A stretch of 64,000 nt of DNA from Candidatus Shapirobacteria bacterium GW2011_GWF2_37_20 (GTDB lineage Bacteria > Patescibacteriota > Microgenomatia > UBA12405): positions 12,897 to 76,896 of the forward strand of contig LBTB01000004.1 of NCBI GenBank assembly GCA_000989305.1. Direction: 5' to 3'. The stretch's first letter is position 1. The number at the start of each line of letters is the position of its first letter. The translations under genes and the position numbers were made by a program. Below the pieces are notes generated by a model. It worked only from the letters and a program-made list of their open reading frames with translations. It was not told the origin of the DNA and searched no databases. Shown here one piece after another: positions 20,554 through 30,443 of this stretch.

Positions 20554-20562
20554 GGGCTTTTT
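20535..20562. terminator. Bidirectional intrinsic terminator
   Basis: AAAAAAGCCCCTA-GAA-TAGGGGCTTTTT. Confidence 0.85.
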
Positions 20563-20577
20563 GAAATTATATCAGAA

Positions 20578-21339
20578 TTATTTCTCAACAAGAACTTTGA
20601 TACAAGGACCCATGGTGGCACAAAGAGCCAATTTTTTAATTTTTGGAACTTTGATAACCTTAATGAGTTGTTCAATGTTGGCTTGTAACTCTTTTTCGGG
20701 TTGAGAAACTTTGCCGACAACGAGGTGGACAACGGGAGCTTTTTTCTCAGTTTTGATCATAGTTTTGGCGACAGAAAGGCGTTTGACGGCTTCTTCTGGT
20801 TTGTCGGTTAAGGTGCCAGATTTGGGATTGGGCATTAAACCCTTGGGACCTAAAACACGGGCGAAGGGAAGGAGTTTTGGCATGGTGGTAGGAGTAGCAA
20901 TCAGAATATCGAAATTTACTTTTCCAGCTTTAATTTCGGCTAAAATAGCATCATTTAGTACGACAATTCTTTTAGTGCTAGTTTCTAAATGAGGAAAAAC
21001 GATTTCGCCGAGATTGCCGATGTCAATTACTGTCAGATGGGCTTCGACTTTACCGTCGAATTTGGAAATAGAAGTTTCCTTGACAAGTTTAATGGCGTCT
21101 TTAAGAGAATAAAGCTTAAGGATGTCAATTTTTTTCTTGACGGCTTTATATTTTTTGCCACGGACGCGGGCAGCTTTTTTAACGGTGGAAGTTTCCTCAA
21201 CGGGAGTTTGGGCAACTTTTTCAGTTTCCTTGACTTCAGTTTCGGCCTTGCGAGATTCAGTCTCAGTGACTACTTTCTCTTCCACAGCAAGTTCTTTTTT
21301 GGCCTTTTTAGCCTTGAGTTCTTGAGAGGTTTTGCTCAT
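20578..21339 (-). CDS. rplA: 50S ribosomal protein L1 (N-terminal extension, compact domain II)
   Basis: RGKKY, KFDGKVE, LGPKGLMPNPKSGT, TMGP. Confidence 0.95.
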   Translation of the reverse strand: MSKTSQELKAKKAKKELAVEEKVVTETESRKAETEVKETEKVAQTPVEETSTVKKAARVRGKKYKAVKKKIDILKLYSLKDAIKLVKETSISKFDGKVEAHLTVIDIGNLGEIVFPHLETSTKRIVVLNDAILAEIKAGKVNFDILIATPTTMPKLLPFARVLGPKGLMPNPKSGTLTDKPEEAVKRLSVAKTMIKTEKKAPVVHLVVGKVSQPEKELQANIEQLIKVIKVPKIKKLALCATMGPCIKVLVEK

Positions 21340-21369
21340 TTATGAAAATTAAAATTATAAAAAAACTTT

Positions 21370-21795
21370 TTAGTCGACGATTTCAAAGCCCATGGATTTA
21401 GCAGTGCCGGCAACCATGTGTTTGGCGGCTTCCAAATCCTTGGTATTTAGATCTACCATTTTGTCAGCGGCAATTTTTTCGATTTGGGCTTGGGTGATTT
21501 TACCGATTTTTTCACGACCGGTAGTGGCACTACCTTTAGTAATTCCGGTGATTTTTTTGATCATGTCAGAAACTGGGGGTTTTTTGATGATGAAGTCGAA
21601 GGAACGATCCTCATAAATGGTGATAACGGAAGGGATGAGAGAACCTTTCATATCTTTAGTTCTTTCATTGAATTCGTTACAGAAATCCATGATTTTGATA
21701 CCCTGAGGGCCAAGAGCGGTACCAACTGGAGGAGCTGGGTTGGCGGCGCCGGCCTGGATAGCTAATTTGACGACAACTTTGATTTTTTTAGGCAT
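21370..21795 (-). CDS. rplK: 50S ribosomal protein L11
   Basis: AGAANPAPPVGTALG, FCNEFN, GTAKSMG. Confidence 0.98.
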   Translation of the reverse strand: MPKKIKVVVKLAIQAGAANPAPPVGTALGPQGIKIMDFCNEFNERTKDMKGSLIPSVITIYEDRSFDFIIKKPPVSDMIKKITGITKGSATTGREKIGKITQAQIEKIAADKMVDLNTKDLEAAKHMVAGTAKSMGFEIVD

Positions 21796-21801
21796 ATTTT
21801 T

Positions 21802-22398
21802 TTATAACTCTTTGGAAACTTGTAAAAAATCGAGTTCAACTGGAGTTTCACGTTCAAAAAAGGAAACAAGAACGCGAAGTTTACCCTTTTCTTGGTCGAT
21901 TGAATCAATGGTGCCAATGAAATCAGCAAAAGGACCATTGGTGATCTTGATGACATCGCCGATGGAATAGGGGGTTTGAAATTTAGGTTTATCTTCTTTA
22001 GTGGTTTTAACAATGTTGTCGACTTCAGCTTGAGAAATGGGAGTGGGTTTAGAGCCGATACCGACGAAACCGGTAACACCCTGAGTAGTGCGGACTGTGA
22101 CCCAGGAATCATCATTAACAACCATTTGGATTAAGACATAGCCAGGGAAAGTTTTTTCTTGGGTTTTGACTTTGGTGCCGCGACGAATAATCATTTTGGA
22201 CTGAATGGGAACTATGGCTTGAAAGATTTGATCTTCGAGGCCCATGGTTTTGATACGGATTTTTAGGGCGTCAATAACCTTGTATTCGTGGCCAGAGTAA
22301 GTGTTGATAACATACCAGGCCGCATCAATGGGTGGGGTGTTTGTAGAAAGAGTAAATTGAAACTCCTTTTGATTGGTTTTGGTGGAATTATTTGGCAT
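21802..22398 (-). CDS. nusG: Transcription termination/antitermination factor NusG
   Basis: WYVINTYSGHE, FPGYVL, GVTGFVG, KOW GPFADF, FERETPVEL. Confidence 0.98.
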   Translation of the reverse strand: MPNNSTKTNQKEFQFTLSTNTPPIDAAWYVINTYSGHEYKVIDALKIRIKTMGLEDQIFQAIVPIQSKMIIRRGTKVKTQEKTFPGYVLIQMVVNDDSWVTVRTTQGVTGFVGIGSKPTPISQAEVDNIVKTTKEDKPKFQTPYSIGDVIKITNGPFADFIGTIDSIDQEKGKLRVLVSFFERETPVELDFLQVSKEL

Positions 22399-22399
22399 A

Positions 22400-22669
22400 T
22401 TATTTTTTAATTGTAGGTTGAGCTAAATTGATTGTTGGTAGGTTTGGGGCTGTGGTTGGAAGAATGTTTTCAACCTTGGTTACAGGTTTTGATCCAATTA
22501 AGCCAATAGCTTGAGTAAAAATAAAATCAAATCCCCCTAAAATCAGGGAAACAATGATAGATATGGATATTACCACAATTGTGGACTGAATTATAGATTC
22601 ACGTTTTGGCCAGGAGATATGCTTGAATTCTGCCCTGACTTCCTTGAAAAAGTTAATAATTTTTTTCAT
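22400..22669 (-). CDS. secE: Preprotein translocase SecE
   Basis: FFKEVRAEFKHISWP plus TM helix, upstream of nusG. Confidence 0.93.
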   Translation of the reverse strand: MKKIINFFKEVRAEFKHISWPKRESIIQSTIVVISISIIVSLILGGFDFIFTQAIGLIGSKPVTKVENILPTTAPNLPTINLAQPTIKK

Positions 22670-22704
22670 CAGGGTATTATAGCAATATTTTGGTATATTG
22701 ACTT

Positions 22705-23427
22705 ATGAGCTTTTTTGACAGAATTGGTTCATTGGTACAACCTAGTAAGGATACAAAAGGTGCAATTGGTCGTGATAAGAATGGGGTGGAGATTTGGAAT
22801 AGGAATGGTGATAATGCACTGAGAAAGATTTTTCCCGAGTCATCAAGTTTGAAAAATCGTCAAAAAAACTGGACATATTATTTTTATCCGGCAGAAACTA
22901 GGTTTGAAGATAATTATGTTGAGGATAAGTTGTACAAAACAAAGGTGATTGAGGAAAAAGGGGGGATTTTTACGTCTGATGATTTTTTTTCAACAGGAGT
23001 GACGATTTTAGAATTAGGCTGTGGTGGAGGGCAAACGGCGATTGATTTGGCGAGAAAATACCGAGGTAGAGGAATCAACTATTTGGCAGTAGATCATGAG
23101 ATGGGTGAGGAAATTCCGGTACCGGTTCATTTTTTACCAAATTTGAACTTTATCAATGCAGACTGGAAAAATTTAGATTTAAAAGATGAAAGTGTGGATC
23201 GGATAATGTCTCTTCAGGGGGTGGCCAGATATGGGGGAGAAGAGGCGGCCAAAGAAGTGACCAGGGTGGCCAAGGAGGGGGCGATTTTTAGGGGTGATGA
23301 AGATAGAGGGGTATATGGCCGAAGAAATTTTTCTGATCACTTATATGAAATGGGTTGGAATGTATGGAAATTGAAGGACACTACTTTGATAGTGGCACAG
23401 AAAGTAAAGACCCAAACACAAATTTGA
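22705..23427 (+). CDS. Class I SAM-dependent methyltransferase
   Basis: ILELGCGGG, AVD, NADWKNLDLKDESVD. Confidence 0.8.
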   Translation: MSFFDRIGSLVQPSKDTKGAIGRDKNGVEIWNRNGDNALRKIFPESSSLKNRQKNWTYYFYPAETRFEDNYVEDKLYKTKVIEEKGGIFTSDDFFSTGVTILELGCGGGQTAIDLARKYRGRGINYLAVDHEMGEEIPVPVHFLPNLNFINADWKNLDLKDESVDRIMSLQGVARYGGEEAAKEVTRVAKEGAIFRGDEDRGVYGRRNFSDHLYEMGWNVWKLKDTTLIVAQKVKTQTQI

Positions 23428-23452
23428 ATGGTTATGTATCAGTAAAATCTAG

Positions 23453-23507
23453 TTGACAGACACTAAGGGTGGTGGGTATGATGTGACACAGACGCTATGA
23501 ATAGTGT
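23453..23507 (+). promoter_or_regulatory. nrdR-nrdJ promoter with tandem NrdR boxes
   Basis: TTGACA-18-TATGAT; boxes ACACTAAGGGTGGTGG (23460) and ACGCTATGAATAGTGT (23492), 32 bp apart. Confidence 0.7.
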
Positions 23508-23531
23508 TAATAAAAAATAGCGCAAAAATAC

Positions 23532-24005
23532 ATGCTTTGTCCATATTGCGGTTTCGATGAATCAAATGTTTTAGAGTCTCGGGATGCTTTGGAGGGAAAG
23601 GCAACCAGACGAAGACGGGAATGTGTCAAGTGTCAAAAGCGATTTACGACTTATGAGAGAGTGGAAAACATTGAATTGAAGGTAGTAAAAAAAGATGGTC
23701 GGGTTGAGGATTATAACCGGGAAAAACTTGACAAATGTTTTGAAAAAGCATGTTGGAAGTTGGGTTCAGAGCAGAGGTCAAAAGTGATTGATGAGATAGA
23801 AATGAGACTACTGAATTGGGAAAGTGTAGAGATTCCGTCAAGAGAAATTGGCAAAATGGTGATGGGAAAATTGAAGGATATTGATCCGGTAGCATATATT
23901 CGTTTTGCAACCATATATCGGGATATAAAAAATGTGAATGAATTTAGAGTTTTGGTGGACGAACTATCAAAGAATAAAATAAAAGTTTCCAAAAAGGTAA
24001 AATAA
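23532..24005 (+). CDS. nrdR: Transcriptional repressor NrdR
   Basis: CPYC..RRRREC..C..RFTTYE, ATP cone, AYIRFA. Confidence 0.97.
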   Translation: MLCPYCGFDESNVLESRDALEGKATRRRRECVKCQKRFTTYERVENIELKVVKKDGRVEDYNREKLDKCFEKACWKLGSEQRSKVIDEIEMRLLNWESVEIPSREIGKMVMGKLKDIDPVAYIRFATIYRDIKNVNEFRVLVDELSKNKIKVSKKVK

Positions 24006-26497
24006 TGGACGAGATTAATCAAAGGGTAAAAAATATTAAAGATGGATTAAGAGAGCCGGAAGTGTCGGAGAACGCTAAATATATTGCAGAAACCAGATAC
24101 GCTCAGAAAGACGAGAGCGGAAAGAGTACTGAAAAAGTAAAAGATATTTTCTTTAGAGTGGCAGAAAATATTGCCAAAGGAGATGCAAAATTTGGAAAAG
24201 GAGCAGGAGAAATAGAGGAACAAAGCAAGGTGTTTTATGATTTGTTGGCACAACAGAAGTTTTTTCCCAATACTCCCTGCCTGGTAAATGCAGGAAAAGC
24301 AAAACAACAATTGTCGGCTTGTTTTGTGTTGCCGATTGAAGATTCAATGGATTCGATTTTGGAAACAATGTCGAATATGGCCAAGATTCATAAGAGTGGA
24401 GGAGGAACCGGGTTTTCATTTTCCAGGCTTAGACCTAGTGGGGACTATATAAAGACCAGCGGAGGAACGACGGTGGGTCCGGTATCTTTTATGCAGGCCT
24501 ATAACGACGTAACCTCACAGGTAAAACAGGGCGGAGTGCGACGGGGAGCAAACATGGGAATGCTGGGGATTGATCACCCGGATGTACTTCGCTTTGCGGT
24601 AGTAAAACTGGATGAATATTCTCTAACGAATTTTAATATCTCGTTGGCGGTAACCAATGCCTTTATGGAACGTCTGGAGACTGACAAGGCTTTTGTAAAA
24701 GACGATTCGATACCCGAGGAAGTAGTGGAAAAAATTAGAATTGCTGAGGGAAACAGAGATGTAGACCTGAGGCTGAGAGAAATTGAAGAACAAATCAAAA
24801 AACTTTATGAATGGGCAAAGGCGACTAATGAAGCTGAGGGATACGAGTTGATTAATCCCAGAAACAATCAGGTGACAATGAAGCTAAACGCCTACAAAGT
24901 GTTTAATTTAGTGACCAGACTGGCTTGGCAATATGGAGATCCGGGTTTGGTATTTATTGACCGGATGAACGAGCCCAGTTCTAATCCGGTACCGAAATTG
25001 GGAAGAATTGAAGCTACAAATCCCTGTGGGGAACAACCACTACTGCCTTATGATGCCTGTAATTTGGGAAGCGTAAATTTAAGTAAATTTGTAAAAGAAA
25101 AAGACTTGGATTGGGATGAACTAGGTAGAGTAACAAAAGAAGGGGTACATTTTTTGGATAACATTGTGGAATTAAATGAATTTCCGGTTGATAAGATAAG
25201 GGAAATGGTGACAAAAACCAGAAGAATAGGTTTGGGAATAATGGGTTTTGCAGACATGTTGTTTAAGCTAGGAGTTAGTTATGATTCGGAAGAGGGTTTA
25301 GGGTGGGCAGAAAAAGTCATGAAATTTGTAACGGAAAAGGCCAAAGAGGCAACCCAGGAACTGGGAAAAGAAAGAGGGGTTTTCCCTGAGTGGGAGAATA
25401 GTGTGTTTGCGGGAACTGATTATCGACCAAGAAACATGGCATTGACGACAATAGCGCCGACAGGAACTATCTCGATGATTGCTGATGCATCTTCGGGGAT
25501 TGAACCATTATTTTCCTTGGGATATCAAAAAAATACAGTAGAGGGAAAAACTTTGTATATGATGAACCCGATTTTTGTAGAAGAATTGAAAAAAAGAAAT
25601 ATATATAGCGAAGAATTGATGGGTAAAATAGTAAAAAATGGAGGAAAACTTGAGGGCTTAGAAGAAATCCCGGCTGATTTAGAAAAGATATTTAGAACGG
25701 CTTTAGAGATAAGTCCGGAGTGGCATATAAAGATTCAAGGTGCTTTTCAAAAATATACAGACAATGCAGTGAGTAAAACGATTAATTTTCCAAGATCAGC
25801 TACAGTAGAGGAGGTACAAAAGGCATATATATTGGCGTACTCCCTGGGAACAAAAGGAATAACGATTTATCGAAGCGGCAGTAGGGAGAAGGAAGTAATT
25901 CAGACAGTAAAGGATGATAAAGGGGAGGAAGTAAAGATTGTAGCAAAAGCGACTAAAAAGAAAACACCGGAGGCGGCGAGAGGAATTAGGTTACGAAAAG
26001 CCTGTGATGTGGGCCGGGTGTACACCTCAGTATTTTTTGAAGAAGGGGATGGGCCAGTGGAAGTATTTGTAAATTTGGGGAAATCTGGTGGTTATATGGC
26101 CGGGTCGGCCGAGGTGACAGGGAGATTGGCCTCTTTGGCTTTGAAATATGGAGCGACTTTGGAAGAGGTGGCCGATGAATTAGTGGGAATTTCCTGTGGA
26201 CAACGGGTGGGTTTTGGTAATGGAACTGTTTTGTCTATGTTTGATGCAGTTGGGAAATCTTTACTGGAAATTTCCCAGGGTGAACAATTGGATTTATTTG
26301 AAGGAGAAAAGACTAAAATTGAAATGCCAAAAGTTAAGAATGGGGAGCAGAAAAATTTATTAGCAGAGATTAGAAGCAAGCAAGCAAGTGAAGAAAGTGC
26401 TTTTACCAGTTGTCCGGAGTGTGGTAGTCCACTTCAGGCTGAAGAGGGTTGTTTTAAATGTTCAAATGCATTTTGTGGCTACAGTAAATGTAGCTAA
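24005..26497 (+). CDS. nrdJ: Class II (adenosylcobalamin-dependent) ribonucleotide reductase with C-terminal TSCPD/Zn ribbon
   Basis: PNTPCL, SACFV, GGVRRGANM, TNPCGEQ, ACNLGS, TIAPTGT, terminal CPECG..EGC..CGYSKC; no nrdB adjacent. Confidence 0.93.
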   Translation: MDEINQRVKNIKDGLREPEVSENAKYIAETRYAQKDESGKSTEKVKDIFFRVAENIAKGDAKFGKGAGEIEEQSKVFYDLLAQQKFFPNTPCLVNAGKAKQQLSACFVLPIEDSMDSILETMSNMAKIHKSGGGTGFSFSRLRPSGDYIKTSGGTTVGPVSFMQAYNDVTSQVKQGGVRRGANMGMLGIDHPDVLRFAVVKLDEYSLTNFNISLAVTNAFMERLETDKAFVKDDSIPEEVVEKIRIAEGNRDVDLRLREIEEQIKKLYEWAKATNEAEGYELINPRNNQVTMKLNAYKVFNLVTRLAWQYGDPGLVFIDRMNEPSSNPVPKLGRIEATNPCGEQPLLPYDACNLGSVNLSKFVKEKDLDWDELGRVTKEGVHFLDNIVELNEFPVDKIREMVTKTRRIGLGIMGFADMLFKLGVSYDSEEGLGWAEKVMKFVTEKAKEATQELGKERGVFPEWENSVFAGTDYRPRNMALTTIAPTGTISMIADASSGIEPLFSLGYQKNTVEGKTLYMMNPIFVEELKKRNIYSEELMGKIVKNGGKLEGLEEIPADLEKIFRTALEISPEWHIKIQGAFQKYTDNAVSKTINFPRSATVEEVQKAYILAYSLGTKGITIYRSGSREKEVIQTVKDDKGEEVKIVAKATKKKTPEAARGIRLRKACDVGRVYTSVFFEEGDGPVEVFVNLGKSGGYMAGSAEVTGRLASLALKYGATLEEVADELVGISCGQRVGFGNGTVLSMFDAVGKSLLEISQGEQLDLFEGEKTKIEMPKVKNGEQKNLLAEIRSKQASEESAFTSCPECGSPLQAEEGCFKCSNAFCGYSKCS

Positions 26498-26500
26498 ACC

Positions 26501-26917
26501 ATGTCAATTACAACAAAAAATGGAGATGGTGGAGTAAGTGAGTACTTTGGAAAAAAGGTAAACAAAGGAGGAAAAATTTTAGAGGCGGTAGGAACTTTGG
26601 ACGAATTACAAGCAGTTTTGGGGTTGGTGGGATTAGAGAAGTTACAGGAAGATATTTACGAGATTATGGCCAGGAAAGAGATGAGGCAAAGAATTGAGAA
26701 GCTGGAGAGATTAATGGGGAGACTGGAAAAAGAGATTGAGGTTCCCCGAAATTTCATAATTTTTAAAGACCAAAGGGCAATAGAGTTGAATTGGGTGAGA
26801 ACAATTGTGAGAAGAGCGGAACGAAGGAGTATGGTTTTTAAGAATAAGGATATTTTAATCTATTTGAATAGATTGTCTGATTTTATATATTTATTGGCGT
26901 TAAAAGAAGAAGTGTAA
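26501..26917 (+). CDS. PduO-type ATP:cob(I)alamin adenosyltransferase (compact)
   Basis: ITTKNGDGG, GTLDEL, RTIVRRAER, YLNRLSD. Confidence 0.9.
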   Translation: MSITTKNGDGGVSEYFGKKVNKGGKILEAVGTLDELQAVLGLVGLEKLQEDIYEIMARKEMRQRIEKLERLMGRLEKEIEVPRNFIIFKDQRAIELNWVRTIVRRAERRSMVFKNKDILIYLNRLSDFIYLLALKEEV

Positions 26918-26921
26918 AATA

Positions 26922-26999
26922 GAGATTGAAGTAGGGTGTAATTCCCTCACAGTGCCGCTACGGTGATAGTCCGGGCCTTAAAACTTACGAGCAATAAGT
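26922..26999 (+). ncRNA. Cobalamin-riboswitch-like RNA (variant or truncated)
   Basis: T-loop hairpin AGGG-TGTAATT-CCCT, L5-like AGTGCCGCT, P6-like ACGGTGATAGTCCG, P13-like ACTTA-CGAGCAA-TAAGT abutting ATG. Confidence 0.6.
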
Positions 27000-27893
27000 A
27001 TGAAACAAGAAAGACTAAATTTTGACCCAGTAAAGGAAGTAAATTATTTAAGGAAATTTTTAGGGGAATCAAGAAAACACCAACTGGAGAGAGAGGTGTC
27101 AACTTCTTTGGCGGAATTATTGTTAAGTGAGTATAGTCATGATTATCTCTGGGATGGAGAAAAAATAATTGACAAAGAGACAGGAATAAAGGCTGGGGAT
27201 TTGTCAGAAAATTGTGAATTTGAAAGCCAAAGATTAAAAAATATTGAAGGGGAATTAAAAAAAGGAAAAGAGTTGGTTGTATGCGTCAGTCCAAAAAATG
27301 CAGAATTAGATTATCCTGATGATATGGTAGATTTTTGGAAGAAAGGTGAAGGAGAAAAGTTGACTTTAATGAGGTTTAAAACAAAGATGAGCGAGTGGGA
27401 ACTGAAAGATTTCGAGTTGATGAACAAAGATGGATATAAATTGGCTGATTTGATTGGAATGTTGAGTTTGGCGAAAGAAAACAGAGGAACTTCGATGAAT
27501 TTAATTGAGCAAGTAGCCAGGAATTTAACAACGGAATTTGAGATGGAGTTTGGAGAAAAAGTTTATTTAGACGGTGAAATGATGACTAGACTTTATATAG
27601 CGATTAGACTGGAGGTGGAAAGAAAGAGTAGGGAAATAGGGATTGAGTCAAGAAATTATGTCATGTTGCCACTGGAGATAAAGAATTATTTATATGGGGA
27701 GTTGAAGGTAAAAAGAACGAGTGGAGGTGGTTGTGGGGGAAGTAGTTTAAGTGGACAATTTGGAAGTGAGGGGATAATTATTATTAACACTTCAGACGGA
27801 ATTAGTTTTAGAAAAGGAAGTACGGAGGGGCTGAATTATTGTTCGAAGTGCGGGTGTTGGTATTCCGGTGACAAATGTCCAATTTGTAAATAA
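27000..27893 (+). CDS. Hypothetical protein with GGGCGGS motif and C-terminal Zn ribbon
   Basis: 297-aa ORF ending CSKCG..CPIC. Confidence 0.75.
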   Translation: MKQERLNFDPVKEVNYLRKFLGESRKHQLEREVSTSLAELLLSEYSHDYLWDGEKIIDKETGIKAGDLSENCEFESQRLKNIEGELKKGKELVVCVSPKNAELDYPDDMVDFWKKGEGEKLTLMRFKTKMSEWELKDFELMNKDGYKLADLIGMLSLAKENRGTSMNLIEQVARNLTTEFEMEFGEKVYLDGEMMTRLYIAIRLEVERKSREIGIESRNYVMLPLEIKNYLYGELKVKRTSGGGCGGSSLSGQFGSEGIIIINTSDGISFRKGSTEGLNYCSKCGCWYSGDKCPICK

Positions 27894-27919
27894 TGTTTTC
27901 TATTGTATATAATTAATTC

Positions 27920-28639
27920 ATGAAGAAAATAATTGGAATTGTAGTATTGGTATTAATTTTGGTTTGGGTAGTACCTTGGAATAAGGTAAATTGGGGAAGG
28001 GTGACCTGGCAACCAGCAGAGGTGGTAACAGTAAATGGTGAAGCGAAAAGTCAAGAAAAGAACCAAATTGCATCTTATACGGCCGGAGTTGAGGCTGTAA
28101 ATGACAAAAAAGAAGAAGCTGTTAACGAGGTAAATACTAAAATCGAAGCTTTGGTGGGGGCTTTGAAAGAATTTGGAATCAAAGATGCCGATATTAAAAC
28201 TCAAAACATGTCAATTTATCAAGATGAACAAAGTTATTACGACAACGGAATTCAAAAATCACGAAAAGGCCAGTGGAGGGTAAATACTTCTGTGGAAATA
28301 AAGCTGAGGGAAATCGATAAAGCAAGTGCTTTGGCTGATTTGGTGACTAAGAGTGGGGCTAATAATGTGTGGGGTCCCAATTTTAGTATGGACGATACTA
28401 ATGAAATAGAAAAAGGTTTGTATGATATGGCAATAAAAGATGCCAGAGAAAAAGCCGAGAGTATTGCCAAGGCATCAGGAAGAACTTTAGGAAAGGTGTT
28501 AAGTGTTAATGATGGCGGTAGTACGAGTGGTGTCTATCCGATGTATGCCATGAAAGATGGGGCGGGCGGTGGAGCAATAACTGAACCGGGAAGTACAACT
28601 GTTTATAAAAATTTAACCGTAGTTTTTGAATTAAAGTAA
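27920..28639 (+). CDS. SIMPL/DUF541 domain exported protein
   Basis: VTVNGEA, DIKTQNMSI, GAN..GPNF, AIKDAREKA..LGKV, EPG. Confidence 0.9.
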   Translation: MKKIIGIVVLVLILVWVVPWNKVNWGRVTWQPAEVVTVNGEAKSQEKNQIASYTAGVEAVNDKKEEAVNEVNTKIEALVGALKEFGIKDADIKTQNMSIYQDEQSYYDNGIQKSRKGQWRVNTSVEIKLREIDKASALADLVTKSGANNVWGPNFSMDDTNEIEKGLYDMAIKDAREKAESIAKASGRTLGKVLSVNDGGSTSGVYPMYAMKDGAGGGAITEPGSTTVYKNLTVVFELK

Positions 28640-28703
28640 GTAAAAAATATTTGACCTGGATTGATGTAGTTTACAAGAAGGTATTTAGGGGTCAAAATCG
28701 GGT

Positions 28704-29666
28704 ATGGGTGGATTACGCTTAATAGCAGGTAGTGCCAGTCAAAAATTGGCGGCAAAAATTTCTACGTTAATCAAAATTCCATTGACTCCGATTGAAGATA
28801 AACGTTTTGCCAACGGTGAGATATATATTCGGGTCAAAAGTAAGGTGAGAGGGGATGATGTGTATATTATTCAGAGTCTGGCAGGGCCAGTGAATGATAA
28901 TTTTATGGAGTTGCTGATTTTAATTGATGCTTTAAAAAGAGCTTCGGTGGGAAGGATTAATTTAATTTGTCCAATTTTGTGTTATTCAAGACAGGATAGA
29001 AAGATAGAGTCGAGAGAACCGATTACAGCAAAATTGGTAGCAGATTTATTATCGGTGGCTGGAGCAAATCGATTGGTAACAGTGGATTTACATGCGGATC
29101 AAATCCAGGGTTTTTATAATATTCCGGTGGACCATTTTGTGGGTTACCCACTTTTTGCCAAATATTTAAAAAAACATTATCCAAAAAAGGATCTACTGAT
29201 TGTATCTCCTGATATTGGCGGAGTAAAACGAGCCAATAAACTGGCAGATTTGTTGGGTTTGAAAATTGCCATTATCGATAAGGTAAGAAAGGAGCATAAT
29301 AAGTCAGAAGTAATGCATATTGTGGGTGAGGTTGAGGGGAAGGTGGCGGTAATAATTGATGACATGATTGATACGGGTGGATCGATATGTAAGGCGGCGG
29401 ATGCGGTAAAAGCGAATGGAGCCAAGGAAGTAATAATTTGCGGAACACATGCTCTTTTGTCGGGTGAGGCGTTAAAAAATTTAAAAGACTGTTGTGCTTC
29501 CAAAATTATTCTGACTGATACAGTTGAAATTCCGGAAAAATCCAGATTACCCAACATGGTGATACTGTCGGTGGCACCACTTTTGGCAAAAATTATTAAA
29601 AGAATTCATTTAGACAGATCTTTGGGAGAGCTGTTTAAATGGGAAGACAAGAGAAGAACCCTGTAA
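28704..29666 (+). CDS. prs: Ribose-phosphate pyrophosphokinase
   Basis: FANGE, YSRQDR, DLHA.QIQGF, VSPDIGG, IIDDMIDTGGS. Confidence 0.97.
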   Translation: MGGLRLIAGSASQKLAAKISTLIKIPLTPIEDKRFANGEIYIRVKSKVRGDDVYIIQSLAGPVNDNFMELLILIDALKRASVGRINLICPILCYSRQDRKIESREPITAKLVADLLSVAGANRLVTVDLHADQIQGFYNIPVDHFVGYPLFAKYLKKHYPKKDLLIVSPDIGGVKRANKLADLLGLKIAIIDKVRKEHNKSEVMHIVGEVEGKVAVIIDDMIDTGGSICKAADAVKANGAKEVIICGTHALLSGEALKNLKDCCASKIILTDTVEIPEKSRLPNMVILSVAPLLAKIIKRIHLDRSLGELFKWEDKRRTL

Positions 29667-29741
29667 AATCACCGCAACAAAAAAATTTGATATATAAGAG
29701 CTGATTGAAGAGAAGTCGGAATTGGATTATAAAGTTTGAAG

Positions 29742-30443
29742 ATGAAAGTAAAGTTGTTATCGTATACTAAAGACCCGGAACAGGTAGTAGTGGCGGCGAT
29801 CAGACAATGTTATGCGGCAGTTGGAGCCAAGGAATTAAAGAAAAAAATTGATAAAGAGACGAGACAAAGATTAATAAAACAAGTTTTGGCTTCTGGTCAC
29901 ACTTCAACCCTTGAACATGCGAGTTTTACCTTTGGGATAGAAGGTATTTCAAGAGTCAGTGAAATACAGTTAATTAGACACCGGGTGGGTTGCTCCTATT
30001 CGATTCAGTCAGGACGATATGTGAAAAGGGGAGAGGCTAAATTTGCAATTCCGGTATCGATTCAAAATGATAAAGAAATATTGCCAAAATATAAAAAGAT
30101 TTTGAAAGAGGTACAGGGTTTGTATAACGAAATGACTGACAAGGGTATCAAGGCGGAGGACGCCAGATATTTACAGCCACAATCGTTACAGACAAAAATT
30201 GTGGTGACGATGAATGCCAGGGCTTTGTTGCATTTTTTAGAATTAAGATGTTGCAAAAGGGCGCAGTGGGAAATTCAGCAGCTAGCTAATTTAATGTTGA
30301 GGGAGGTGCGGAAGGTGGCACCAATTATTTTTGAAAAAGCAGGAGCGAGTTGTGTGACAACCGGAATTTGTTGGGAGGGGGAGAAGATGTCATGCGGACT
30401 TTATAAAGATATTAAAGGGGCTGAAGTGAGGACAAGAATATGA
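29742..30443 (+). CDS. thyX: Flavin-dependent thymidylate synthase
   Basis: GHTSTLEH, QLIRHR..SYSIQSGRY, EDARY, NARAL, AQWEI. Confidence 0.96.
   Translation: MKVKLLSYTKDPEQVVVAAIRQCYAAVGAKELKKKIDKETRQRLIKQVLASGHTSTLEHASFTFGIEGISRVSEIQLIRHRVGCSYSIQSGRYVKRGEAKFAIPVSIQNDKEILPKYKKILKEVQGLYNEMTDKGIKAEDARYLQPQSLQTKIVVTMNARALLHFLELRCCKRAQWEIQQLANLMLREVRKVAPIIFEKAGASCVTTGICWEGEKMSCGLYKDIKGAEVRTRI

Noticed and set aside
26930-26976. FMN riboswitch
   Set aside because: Only the shared T-loop and receptor elements match; the FMN central helices are absent, and the kissing loop and context fit cobalamin better
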